A stretch of 64,000 bases of DNA, from the NCBI GenBank assembly GCA_043228905.1, contig JBHGNT010000008.1, positions 16,182,001 through 16,246,000 on the forward strand, read 5' to 3'. The stretch's first letter is position 1; each line of letters opens with the position of its first letter. Below, piece after piece: positions 47,834 to 59,063 of the stretch. The notes under the pieces are model-generated. The model made no database searches. It was not told the origin of the DNA and saw nothing but the letters and a program-made list of their open reading frames with translations. This DNA is from Azolla caroliniana. Taxonomy: Eukaryota; Plantae; Polypodiophyta. A program made the translations under genes and the position numbers.

Positions 47834-49633
47834 ATGGCTGACACGGTACACCAGGGGAACTCTCACGCAGCGCCCCCGACAACTCCTCCACGGTCGGCCT
47901 TCACTGTCGTCTTCACACCGGAAGAAGAAGAGATATTGAAAAGAGAGGTAAGTCGTCTACATTCCTACTCAATAGTGTGTAGGATTATAGGTTTAAGGCC
48001 AAATAGAGGAGATTTGAGAGATCTCCTACAAGCGGCTTTCCAACATAGGATCGGAAAAATCGTCGATGTGCAATTTCTTGGACATGCTTTCTATCATTTA
48101 GAATTGGATACCACTGAATCCGTTGTGGTAATGTTGAATGCAAATACGATTAACATTCGAAATGCAATAGCTTGTTTTATGCCGTGGAAATCGGGCTTTG
48201 ATCCCGTCGAAATGTTGAATTCGGGGCATCGTTTGACCCCGATTTCCGTGGTTTTCCCGAGAATCCCTAAGGAATACATGGCTGTACTCCCATCAATTGC
48301 AGCAAGAATCGGCACGATTCTTCCTCCTCGAGAGGAGACAATAGGAATGAAATTAACGGGATACCCATCAATTCGAATACTAGTTTCCTCAATAGAAAAT
48401 TTACCTACTCAGGTACTTTTACCATCGCTTACCGGGAACTCGACATTCATGCAAAAATTGGAGTATATAGGTATGCGTGGACAATGCTTTTATTGTAAAC
48501 AGCAAGGCCATGTTTTGAAAGATTGCCCAAAAAAGAAGAACGGGGTTAGACCCTAGAATGGTACAAATAACGTGTATACAGACGTTAACCATGTTAATCT
48601 GGATAAGAAGCAACAATCTCATTTAGGTGGAGGAAGTGGAAAGGGGAAAAATGTTCAGCCATCCAAGGATGAAAAAGGGAAAAATATCCAAACATTCGAG
48701 GATGAGATATGGAAACCAATTGAAAAACGGCACTCAATACCCAATAAATGCATTGAATCTAAGGGTGCTCACGTAAGTATAGGCCGTTATGATGCCATAC
48801 AGGAACTAGATAACTCTTTGTCTCAAAATGATGTTCAGATATGCCAAATTAGTAATGTTTCTGAACAATCTACTCCTAATAGAGAAGGGACTGAATCAGT
48901 TAATAATCTTGTTATGGCCACTCAGAGCAAAACAATGGAATCAAGTAAACAACATTTGAACTTGAGTAATGTATCGCGAAACCTTCACAGATCTACAAAA
49001 CGTTCGTCTAGCTTGAGAGGGTTAAATGCGAACTTCATTCGCACAATCCCGATAAATTCTCAAGTAGAAAGTACTAGTGATTTTGCAATCAATCGATGGA
49101 ATGCCACATATGGGTTTGAGTTTTTGAAATTTTTGGGAGACATAGTTGATAATGGCAGTGCATCAATACATGTTCATGTTCTTTTCAAGACTATGCAATC
49201 TTTTGTAGGATTTTCTTTCCCTTTTTGTGGATATGATAAACAAACATGGGTGGCAGCGGATGTTAGATTGGTTATTAGACAACAAACACTACACTTCGCA
49301 AAATATGTTAATTGTGACAATTTTGGGGAAGTATTATTAAGGGGACTAGAGGCAGCAACTATACAACTCTTGCCAGTGTCTGATGTGATGGGGCGAAGGC
49401 AAGTGGTGGTATCCTTAGATGCTGCGATCCTTCCAAATTGTGGATATACCTATATCCATGAAGATGGACTATCGGAAGGTCAAATATTGGCTAAAGCTCA
49501 TCATCATTATAGAATGGTACGCAATACGATACCTTTACAATCGAAAAGTGGTGAACAAGATGGTAGTGAGGCCAATCTTGAGCCGTTAGCGAAAAACATG
49601 AAAATGGCATCACAGCAACCTAAGTTCCCTTAA
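47834..49633 (+). CDS. LINE ORF1 (RRM/DUF4283-like region, CCHC knuckle, long C-terminal part) with one in-frame TAG at 48554-48556
   Basis: ORFs 47834-48556 and 48572-49633 are in the same frame; CFYCKQQGHVLKDC. Confidence 0.8.
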
Positions 49634-52600
49634 ATGCGAGTGATGTCATGGAATGTTCAGGGGTTAGGGGGCCCCTTATATAGACGATACAAGTATCGTC
49701 TCCGTCAAGAAATCAACAAATGCATAGTGGGTGGATCCCTCGACTTTCTTTTAATACAAGAACATCATTTAAATACTTTTAGAATTTCTCGGTATGGTTC
49801 TATTTTATCTGGAAATTGGGACATGTTTTGGTCCCCCGCGATAGGCAACACGGAAGTCCGTGGTGGGGTTTGTATGGCTATTTCTCAGAGGTGGATTCCA
49901 TCCATTATACAAAAACAAGTGATCATTCCTGGAAGGGCTCAATATGTTATTATGCAAGAGGGGGAGATTATATGGGGACTCTTGAATATATATGCTCCTA
50001 ATACTGCTTCTGCTAGGCAACAATTTTGGAAAGAATTATTAGAGAATCTGCCTTCCCTTGATCATTGGTGTATCGCTGGTGACTTCAATATGCTTGAGGA
50101 CCCCATTGATAGAATGGGAGGTAGCTCAACTACGATACATGGCCATGAATTAGCAATGTGGGAACAATTGGTGTTCTCCTTACAAATTTTAGATGCTTGG
50201 CATGCTCCTTCGATGGTTCATACAAATACCTCTCTTTTATTTTCAAGATCAGATAGACGTGTAAATGGTACTAACTTAGCTCGATTGGATAGATTCTATG
50301 TATCTGGCAAATTTATTTCAGCAACTGGTACAATACATATAATGCCAGGGACTACCTTCTCTGATCATGCTCCAGTGATTCTTTCAATATCAACCCAAAA
50401 CCTTAAAGAATTCTCCAATATGAAGATTCCTGAAAATCTGCTGTTAGACAATAGCTTTTCCTTACAAGTGGCTCAATTATGGTCACAAAAGGATGTTGTA
50501 CAGGAATCAATGGCGGTGCGGGTAGCTAATGGCTTACGATGTATTTCAGAATTTTTTAGGGGTAAATCTAAGGAGAGGTTCTCTATGATCCAAGAAAAGG
50601 AGAAACGGTCTCGTACTTCTCTTGTTTCTCTACAACGATTACAAGAACGTTATCCACACTGTACTTGGATTGCTGAGAAAATTGGGTCAGCAAAACAAGA
50701 ACTTGCTGTACTATTAGAAAAGCGTGCAGAATTTCAATACCATAATAGGGCATCTAGTTGGACCCAAATGGGTGATAAATGTACAGCTGAATTTTTTCAT
50801 GCAATGAGACCCAATCATAATGCGGTTTCAATCAAACAACTACAAGATGAGAATGGGACCATCTCATCTGACCCTAAAGTGATGAGAGAAATAGCCACAC
50901 GATACTATTCCAACCTACTATCAGCTATTTCATTCTCCGATGAGGATTTAATAAGTCGGTCTTGTGTATGGAATAAAATGAGTTCAAGAATAACACAAGA
51001 TATGAATGCCAGTCTTCAAGACGTTCTTACTCATGAGGAATTGAGTGAAGCACTCCAAGCTTTGCCTAAGAATACTTGTCCAGGTATGGATGGATTAACC
51101 CCATCATTTTTCATTAAATATTGGGACTTGTTTAAATCAGATTTATGTACAACATTCCAACAAATTCTTCGAGAGGGCATTATGCCTTCACATTTTACAG
51201 AAGGAATAATTTACCTTATCCCTAAATCAGAAGGTCCTTCATTGGACATCAAGAAATGGCGCCCAATTACATTACTGAATACGGTGTATAAAATCCTAGC
51301 TAAAGCGCTTAGTATAAGACTTGGTACTATAATGCCTATAGTTATACATCCGTCGCAAACAGGATTTATTCAGGAAAGGAGCATATTGGATAATGTGTAT
51401 ACATTTTGGGAATCTGCTGCCTTGGCAGCCAAATCTAATCAAGAGTTGGCCATTGTTATGCTTGATTTTGAGAAAGCTTATGACCGTGTTGACTGGGAAT
51501 TTTTACAAGGTGTACTGGCTCGTTTTGGTTTCTCGAAAGAATGGATAAAAGGTATTTCTTCATTATATAATTCGGCACAAAGCAGAGTCTTACTGGTTGG
51601 GAATTATGGACCTTTGTTTACTATTTCTCGATCAGTTCGACAGGGTTGTCCTTTAGCTCCTTTCTTGTTTCTGTTTTTTGCTGAGGCAATGATTTCCTTT
51701 TTGAATGCTGGTGATATTGGTATACGCGGAATACGCATCCCATTCTCACATATAGAAGTAAGGGACGCTGAATTTGCAGATGACACTGCCCTATATTTAA
51801 AAGGTGATTTGGAAAATCTGCAGAAAACAGAATTGGCCATATCCACATTTTGTAAGGCTTCGGGTGCACTGGTTAATTGGAACAAGTCCTTTGCATTTTG
51901 GGTGGGGGATGTAGAGCCTCCACTATGGAGTCCACACCCGCAATTTCGATGGATACCATCAGGTTGTCCAGTTCGATACTTAGGGTGTACGATAGGTATT
52001 GATCTTTCAATGGAAAATCAAGTGGCACCCCTCCTATTGTCACTGCGGAAAAAGTTGTTGTTATGGAGTTCAGCCAAGCTATCTTTTGCTGGTCGGATTG
52101 TAGTGGCTAATCAGGTTTTATTGGCTTCAACATGGTATGTTTTGTCATGTTGGATATTCTCCAAGTCATGTATTCTGAAAATACGTAGATTGGTTCGTAA
52201 CTTCTTGTGGTCCGGTAAAACAGAAGGCAATGCTCGGTCCAAAGTGAAATGGGATGTTATTACCTTACCTCGCTCTAAAGGAGGATTAAGTATTATTGAT
52301 CCAGTGGACCAATCAAGAGCATTGTTAAGTAAGTTGCTCGTTAGAGGATTTATGCCGGGGCAAGAGATATGGAAAGTATTATTGCTTGACCGTTGCTCAG
52401 ATTGCTTTCCTCGTTTAGGTGCTCCCTGGTCGAAGGATGTGAATTGGATATTTAGGGAAAATTTCCGAGTACCTTCAGCCACTAGATGGGAAGACAAATT
52501 TATTAGGACATTATTTGCAGCATGGAAACAAGTACTACCTGGTTTGCTTCGCAATAAACCGAACCCCAAACATTATCTTGAGTATCTCAGACAAAAGATA

Positions 52601-53977
52601 GTTTGGAACCCGTTGTTTACAACATCAGATGGTTTTGTGTTGGGTTCTAGACAATGGTTATCGTGGGGAAAAATGACAGAAGGTCCCGCGAAAACAGTTC
52701 AGACTTGGAAAGAATTTTTATCGCGATCGTTGGAAGAACAAAAAGAAATCTTACGTAATATGCATGGCGGACATATAATGTACCAACAAATTCAAGAAGC
52801 TATGAGTAGACAACCCATACCACCCAATAACACTAACCATAGATGGATTGGGTTTTTTTCAAGATTGGAAGTACTCTTGGCTATTAAGGGTTATTCAAAT
52901 GATAAGACATACCGGTTGTTTGAGGTGGATGAAACAAATCAATTGTCTCAGTCCGGGGAAATGGTGATAGATTACCCCTATGCCATTGAGCACAAGATAA
53001 GGATAATTGGATATGCCGATCGTAAATGGTATATTGATCCAATGATAGAGGAAATAAAGACACATTGGAAGCTGTGGGTGTTAGCTAAAAGACCGGTATT
53101 CAGATTAGATTGGGACCCAATTGACTATCATTGGACAGATCCTTACACGGGTAACAAGTTCAATTTCTTCCAATATTCTGTACAGTTGGGAAGACATGTA
53201 CTTTCAGATACACGTGATGTGGTACCAGCTGCATCTCAATATTGGAATCAACAAGGTATTACTCCCCAATTCCTTGCAAAATTCTGGGCTATCTTATGGG
53301 CAAGAAAACAGCAACACAAAATATTACATGTACAGTGGTTAGTTGTACACAAGGCGTTGCCGGTTGGCACATGGTTGCATAGGATGGGAGTGTCTTCATG
53401 TTGTACTCGATGTCATTTACAAACGGAAACTCAAAAACATTGTTTATGGGAATGCATTGATTCTCAACAGATATGGCAACGGCTCCTTAGAATTTTCGCT
53501 AATTATTTTCCCCCGTTGGTTCTCACTTGGGGCATGGTCGTTTGGACATCACTTGCCCGTGATGTGTTCCATTATGGCATCGAATCTATGGACCATGGGT
53601 TTTACACTAAAAATGGAAGTGTTCGTACATTATCACTGATGTCATTACAGTTTTCAGGACTAAGGAAGGAAGTTCAGCCAATATGGGAGATATTGAGTAG
53701 TACCACTGTCTATCACATTTGGAAAGCTCGGTGTTCTCTCGTTTTCCATAATCTGAAAACACCACCTGCTGAAGTGATTTCAAATATTTGGTTAGAGATA
53801 GTTCATGCTTTGAAGGGTCAATGGGATGGTATAGTGGGAGATTCTGATGCTAAAATTGCTCAACGGCATGAGTTTCTTATTATCTGGACAGCTACTCCAT
53901 TTGTGACATCCAGGTACACTACTCCTTATTGGCATTTTCAGCCACCGAAATGGTTGTTTCCCCCGCCGATTACATAG
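49634..53977 (+). CDS. LINE ORF2: APE endonuclease, RT, zinc finger (1447 aa, intact)
   Basis: SWNVQGL, IQEH, GDFN, RLDRFY, SDH; PGMDG, WRPITLLN, DFEKAYD, RQGCPL, FADD; CTRC...HCLWEC. Confidence 0.97.
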   Translation: MRVMSWNVQGLGGPLYRRYKYRLRQEINKCIVGGSLDFLLIQEHHLNTFRISRYGSILSGNWDMFWSPAIGNTEVRGGVCMAISQRWIPSIIQKQVIIPGRAQYVIMQEGEIIWGLLNIYAPNTASARQQFWKELLENLPSLDHWCIAGDFNMLEDPIDRMGGSSTTIHGHELAMWEQLVFSLQILDAWHAPSMVHTNTSLLFSRSDRRVNGTNLARLDRFYVSGKFISATGTIHIMPGTTFSDHAPVILSISTQNLKEFSNMKIPENLLLDNSFSLQVAQLWSQKDVVQESMAVRVANGLRCISEFFRGKSKERFSMIQEKEKRSRTSLVSLQRLQERYPHCTWIAEKIGSAKQELAVLLEKRAEFQYHNRASSWTQMGDKCTAEFFHAMRPNHNAVSIKQLQDENGTISSDPKVMREIATRYYSNLLSAISFSDEDLISRSCVWNKMSSRITQDMNASLQDVLTHEELSEALQALPKNTCPGMDGLTPSFFIKYWDLFKSDLCTTFQQILREGIMPSHFTEGIIYLIPKSEGPSLDIKKWRPITLLNTVYKILAKALSIRLGTIMPIVIHPSQTGFIQERSILDNVYTFWESAALAAKSNQELAIVMLDFEKAYDRVDWEFLQGVLARFGFSKEWIKGISSLYNSAQSRVLLVGNYGPLFTISRSVRQGCPLAPFLFLFFAEAMISFLNAGDIGIRGIRIPFSHIEVRDAEFADDTALYLKGDLENLQKTELAISTFCKASGALVNWNKSFAFWVGDVEPPLWSPHPQFRWIPSGCPVRYLGCTIGIDLSMENQVAPLLLSLRKKLLLWSSAKLSFAGRIVVANQVLLASTWYVLSCWIFSKSCILKIRRLVRNFLWSGKTEGNARSKVKWDVITLPRSKGGLSIIDPVDQSRALLSKLLVRGFMPGQEIWKVLLLDRCSDCFPRLGAPWSKDVNWIFRENFRVPSATRWEDKFIRTLFAAWKQVLPGLLRNKPNPKHYLEYLRQKIVWNPLFTTSDGFVLGSRQWLSWGKMTEGPAKTVQTWKEFLSRSLEEQKEILRNMHGGHIMYQQIQEAMSRQPIPPNNTNHRWIGFFSRLEVLLAIKGYSNDKTYRLFEVDETNQLSQSGEMVIDYPYAIEHKIRIIGYADRKWYIDPMIEEIKTHWKLWVLAKRPVFRLDWDPIDYHWTDPYTGNKFNFFQYSVQLGRHVLSDTRDVVPAASQYWNQQGITPQFLAKFWAILWARKQQHKILHVQWLVVHKALPVGTWLHRMGVSSCCTRCHLQTETQKHCLWECIDSQQIWQRLLRIFANYFPPLVLTWGMVVWTSLARDVFHYGIESMDHGFYTKNGSVRTLSLMSLQFSGLRKEVQPIWEILSSTTVYHIWKARCSLVFHNLKTPPAEVISNIWLEIVHALKGQWDGIVGDSDAKIAQRHEFLIIWTATPFVTSRYTTPYWHFQPPKWLFPPPIT

Positions 53978-54232
53978 AGGTTTAAAATCTTGTAATTTGT
54001 TTATACTAATGACAGGATATCTTCTTTAAAAAAAAAAAAAAACCTTCATTTAAAACATTTTGCTTCCATTTTCTCTTTGCTTTACACATAGCCATAGATT
54101 GACATATTCGCATTCATGGGGTTTCCCATTCAAATGAAAACGAATATGTATACGAATGCATGGTCAAGTATTCGTTTAACAAAAGAGAGAGAGAGAGAGA
54201 GTATATGAACTCCCTCCTTTTTAGTTTCCTAG

Positions 54233-57200
54233 TGTTAGGTAGTGGAGCAAGAATGGGTCTGGTTCGCTAGGTGAAGCACCAAGAAGTTAAAGATGTAACT
54301 AACACGATTATAAATAGAAACAAAGGAGGTCCAATGAGGACACTTTTTGGAGCCTACTCTATGTATGTTACATTGGTGGAGATGACAGGCTCTTGCCACG
54401 CCGTCGGAGGGTGTAGAGTAGTCCAACCGACTTCTTGAAGGAGCACAGTAGGCCGGCAACCAACTCTTCCCATTAGCAGCCAATAATCACCGTCGGGTCA
54501 CCATCCACGACACAAAGATCTCATACACCATGCAACAATCGGAAGCGGATAACACTGTCAACATGCAACCTGAATTCATAGAACACGCACAGGTTAACCC
54601 TGCCATGGAGCGGATGTTTCAGGCGATGTCAACAATGACGATGCAAGGAAATCATACAAACCAAACACTTATGACATGGCTTACAAATCAGTCTGCTGGT
54701 GCAACGACCAACAAACAGAAAGATTTAAGAATCCACCCAAGATCCTTCTCAGGTCTTCCAACAGAAGATGTTCTAGCATGGTTGGATCATTTCGACAATG
54801 TGGCGAGTTACCATGAATGGCGTGACGAAAGTGCGTGCTGGAGTATGTTGCCGCCACTTGGTTCATTCAACAACCCCGTGGAAATCAAACAGAATTGGAC
54901 CTACTTACGCGAGCAACTCATACAACACTTCGCAAACAACGATGTCACACAAACACCCCTCCAACAATTAAACAATCTACATCAACAAGCACATGAACCA
55001 GTGGCACAATTCGTTGTCAAAATGAAATAGTTATTACTGCGTGTCGACCCCAATATGAAGGAAACCATGAAGCTCTATTTTCTACTACCACGATTACGCC
55101 ATGACATATACTGTCGTGTCAAAGACCAAGGCCCAACGACATTCCAGATGGTTGTGCAAATCGCACAACGAATTGAGGCACCGGATTACATCGACCTATC
55201 ACAACCGACACCACCTGCAAATAACAATATTCAAAAGACAACAATTGAGCCGACCGATGGCCCAATGAACATAGACGTCCAAAATGTACAATTCAGCACT
55301 AAAAAGAACTAAGTACCAGATAGAGACAATCATGGTAAGCCCCGTTGTTTCTATTGTAATGGGTTGGCCATGTTAAAAAATATTGTAGGAAGTTTGTAGC
55401 CTCTAGACATCATCAAAATGCACAAATCCAATTGGCCGACACTACATCACTTGCCATGGAACAGGGAAACAACCAAGCGGGACGTTGACGGAAGAGCAGC
55501 TCCCGCACATTCAAGCCGCAACCTCTTCCGGATGGATGGTATGTTTCACAATAACACAAATAGATAACACATCACATGAAGCCCTTTTAGATTCAGGAAG
55601 CACCATATCTTCAATTAGACTTGTAGATTTAGTTTAGTAACTGAATTTACCTACTTCACCCGCAGCGCCAATTCAGGTCATCTTTGGCGATAAGCAAAAA
55701 ATATACCAATCCGCTAGACACGCACATTGTACATTCACCCTTGCTGAACACACCTTTTTTCATTCCTTCTACGTCTTACTGCACCAACTATTTCTAATGA
55801 CGTTAGGTTGTAATTGGTTTATAAAGAATGGCGCACAACTGCACGTTGATACACAAACATTAGTTTTACCTAATACAAAGCCATTAGCCACAATTCCATT
55901 ACTTAACACTCCACAATTTAGCCCACACATCTTGCACACACAAATTCACCTAGAACCACCACAAGTATGCTAGTTGCAATTCGTAGTATCCTTTGGCAGT
56001 TCCCCGACCTATTTCACATGTCTACAAAGACAACCAAGATCAATCTTCTGGTGCAACATTCTATTCCCACAATCAATTCAAAACCAGTTCGAACCGCCCC
56101 CTGATGACGATCACCGTTAGATAATCATCGAATCCATCAAGCAGTACAAGGCATGCTAGAGAAAGACATCATCAAGCCATCAAGTAGCGATTGGATTTCA
56201 GAGCCACATCTCGTCCGTAAGGATGATGGTACGTTCCGTTTTTGCATCGATTTCAGGCCCTTGAACAAGATCACGAAGCATGATCTCTATCTATTGCCAC
56301 GCATCGATGACTTGTTAGATCAAGTCGGGAAGTCAAGTTATTTCACATCACTAGATCTTGCGTCAGGGTACTGGCAGATCCCAAAACAACTTTTCGCACA
56401 CAACATGGTTTATTCCAATTTAAAAGAATGTCATTCGTTCTATTTGATTCTGGAAGCACGTTCCAAAGAATGGCAAATACAATCTTTCAAGACCTCATCA
56501 ATGAGGGTGTGGTGCTGGTGCACCTTGATGATATCCTGATCCATACTTCTGCAATTGCAATGGAAGAAATGTCAACGGGGTGCGGCATCGTTGAAGTTCT
56601 TGGGATTTATCATTTCAACCACCGGCATTAGCATGGATCCTGCAAAAATCAAAGCCATAACAGATTATCCAACCCCAACTAACGTCAAAACATTACAAAG
56701 TTTCCTAGGACTAGTGAATTTTTCACTACGGTATATACCACAGTTGGCCACGGTCACACAGTCGCTTCGAATGCTTTTGAAGAAGGGAACCCAATTTACG
56801 CGGTCCACCGCCTACATAAATAGTTTTAATGAAATAAAAAAGCTCATCAGCGATGCAGCCACATTAGCTTTTCCTGATTTTAGCCGGACATTCTGGGTAC
56901 AGACAAATGCGTCTAATTTAGTAATAGGTGCAGTATTGTTACAACAAGACCACACAAATGAATGGTGACCTATTGCTTACATCAATCGAGCACTCACAAA
57001 TGCAGAACAAAATACTCAACCACAGAGAAGGAATTCTTGGCAGTGATCTAGCCCTTACAGAAATTCCACCCTTATTTGCACGGTACCACAGTGCAAGTCG
57101 AGATAGACCATCAGCAACTCCTCTCCTTGATCAACAAAAGTCATCCACTAGGACGACTACTCATGTGGGCCTTGGCAATGTAGGAATACAAATTTACCCT

Positions 57201-57416
57201 AACTTACCACCGAGGCATCACGAATATAGTCGCGGATTCCTTATCCCGAATTGAGCATCAAGTCTCCCAACTCAGCATACAAAAAGATGAGCCCCCTGTT
57301 CACCCCCAACAAATCGTGGAGCTACAACAACAAGGCCCTACTATTGAAGAGTTAATCCTACAAATCAAAGGAGGTAGGAAAAGTCACATCCATCGTAACT
57401 TTATAATTATTGTCAA
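54233..57416 (+). mobile_element. Decayed Ty3/Gypsy element (gag, PR, RT, RNase H), cut by the LTR at 57417
   Basis: Candidate short LTR 54233-54372. PBS TGGTGGAGATG (tRNA-Ala-like) 54374-54384. gag FSGLPTEDVLAWLDHF, CFYC..GH...C; PR ALLDSGST; RT RFCIDFRPLN, LDLASGYWQI, HLDDILI; RH QTNAS...GAVLLQ. Confidence 0.85.
55464..55506 (+). promoter_or_regulatory. Predicted -1 frameshift site G_GGA_AAC + hairpin at the gag/protease junction
   Basis: Heptamer in gag phase, gag stop at 55486-55488, stem GCGGGA/TCCCGC 6 nt downstream, -1 frame open into ALLDSGST. Confidence 0.72.
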
Positions 57417-58110
57417 TGTTAACGTGCGGAAGCGTTAGACAGAACCGGCTCAACCGAGTAGCAACAGAGAATAAGATGAAGGTTTAATGGAGAAGCTTAA
57501 TACACAAAGAGTATACGTGGGAGAGACAGAGAGAGCAGAACGTAAACATAGATTCAAAAATGAAGACACTCTGTAACTCCGTACCTACAACGTCCTAAAC
57601 AACACTATTTATACAAGTCCTCAAAAGGATTGACAGAAGTATTATGTACTTCAGTGCTCATACAAGTGACTAACACTAACAACGAGACAATGATTACCTA
57701 GTAGTCTAGGCTACTACTAGGCTTTAGGTTCGCTCTCGACTCCGGCACTCCGATCCGTCTCCTCGATCCGGCTGGTTGTTTCCGGATACCGATCTGGCTC
57801 TGGCTTATTCAACCGATACGGATCCGATTGAGCTTGCTCGCTCAACACTCCCCCTCAAGCTCAACTTGAGGTCGGATCGTGGTGTTAATGTCTGTGGCAG
57901 TATCTGGTCCTTTCCTCCGGCTTCTTCTAACGTCCTCCCAACTTGCTCGCGCTCCTCGTCCGGTCCGGTTCTGCTTCCCGTGACCCGTCTGGTACTACGC
58001 ACCTCAACCTTGTCTTCTCAACATGCCCATTTAAGCTCCTTCGCTGTTATGACTTCGGCGCTTGTTGATCCATCGGTTCCTCCGCGTCGGTGTCGACTTC
58101 CGGTGTTGTT
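57417..58110 (-). mobile_element. 3' LTR (57417-57847), PPT and short internal piece of a Copia related to B
   Basis: TGTTAAC...CTCAACA followed by CTCCCCCTCAAGCTCAACTTGAGG, the same junction as B at 3513. Confidence 0.85.
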
Positions 58111-58114
58111 ACAG

Positions 58115-58655
58115 GCTTGACCATATAATATCCTGTGGTGAGAATTTACCATAATATTCAATACATGTGGATAAGTGTGAGGGTTAAACGAGAGTGTAAA
58201 GATGGGGAGGATTACTTTTAATCCTCGGGATAGAGACAACCTATTAGGCCAAGTGTGAACTTGCCTGGGGGCCTTGGGTATCACTATAAATAAGAGGCCT
58301 AGCTACCCTCATTTCATCATCTTTTGACTACGTCGAGACTCTGTTTCATGGTGGTTCAACTCTTGCACTAGGTACGGCTCGACGCCACGACGGTGGTATG
58401 GGACACCGATCAAGGCTCGAGTCCGTCTCGATCCCTTCGCTCGGGGGTGGTCGGGTGGATCGACACCCTTCTTTCTCTCTCTCCTTTCTATCTATCTATC
58501 TATCATTCTTTTATCCTTATCATATGCTTACATTAGGGCATATCTCTAATAGTTGGTTTCAGAACTCATGTTCTAATGTTTCTTTTGTTGTCTTTTGTCT
58601 TCTTGATTAATGGTGATTGATCGATGTACGGTCGGCCTTGATCCAGACAACAATC
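58115..58655 (+). mobile_element. LTR-like remnant hosting element E (may end ...GATCAACA at 63785)
   Basis: CTATAAATAAG, CT-rich tract, and a CAACA terminus after removing E; no partner copy. Confidence 0.4.
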
Positions 58656-59063
58656 TTTTGAGAATCGAACTCAACTTCCCATAGATAGGTTTCACACTAG
58701 CTCATGGACACTCCATGCTAGTTTTGAAAATAGTAGAAAGGGCACTTGCCCTAGCTTAGTTGGTATATAAACCAACTCATTGTACCTTAGTCACTGTTGG
58801 ATGTATCTCGTTTTGTTAATATCATATATACTTTTTTCTATCTCTGTCTCTTGTGCTCTCTCTCTCTCTCTCTCTGCTGTTATACACACACACACATACG
58901 CTCACCTTCCGCTGCATTACAACCACTCTTGCCATTCCATTTCTTAACATGGTATCAGAGCGTGTGGTTGCCTGATCAAGCATTTTTTGACTATGTTGTG
59001 CTGCACGTCGACGATCAATAGAGCCAACCCATCGATAGAGAAGAAATCACCATGAATAATCAA

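Larger units (their letters stand above)
47781..54040 (+). mobile_element. Full-length L1-type LINE
   Basis: 17-bp TSD AACCTTCATTTAAAACA at 47764-47780 and 54041-54057; poly(A) 54028-54040; ORF1 + ORF2. Confidence 0.97.
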
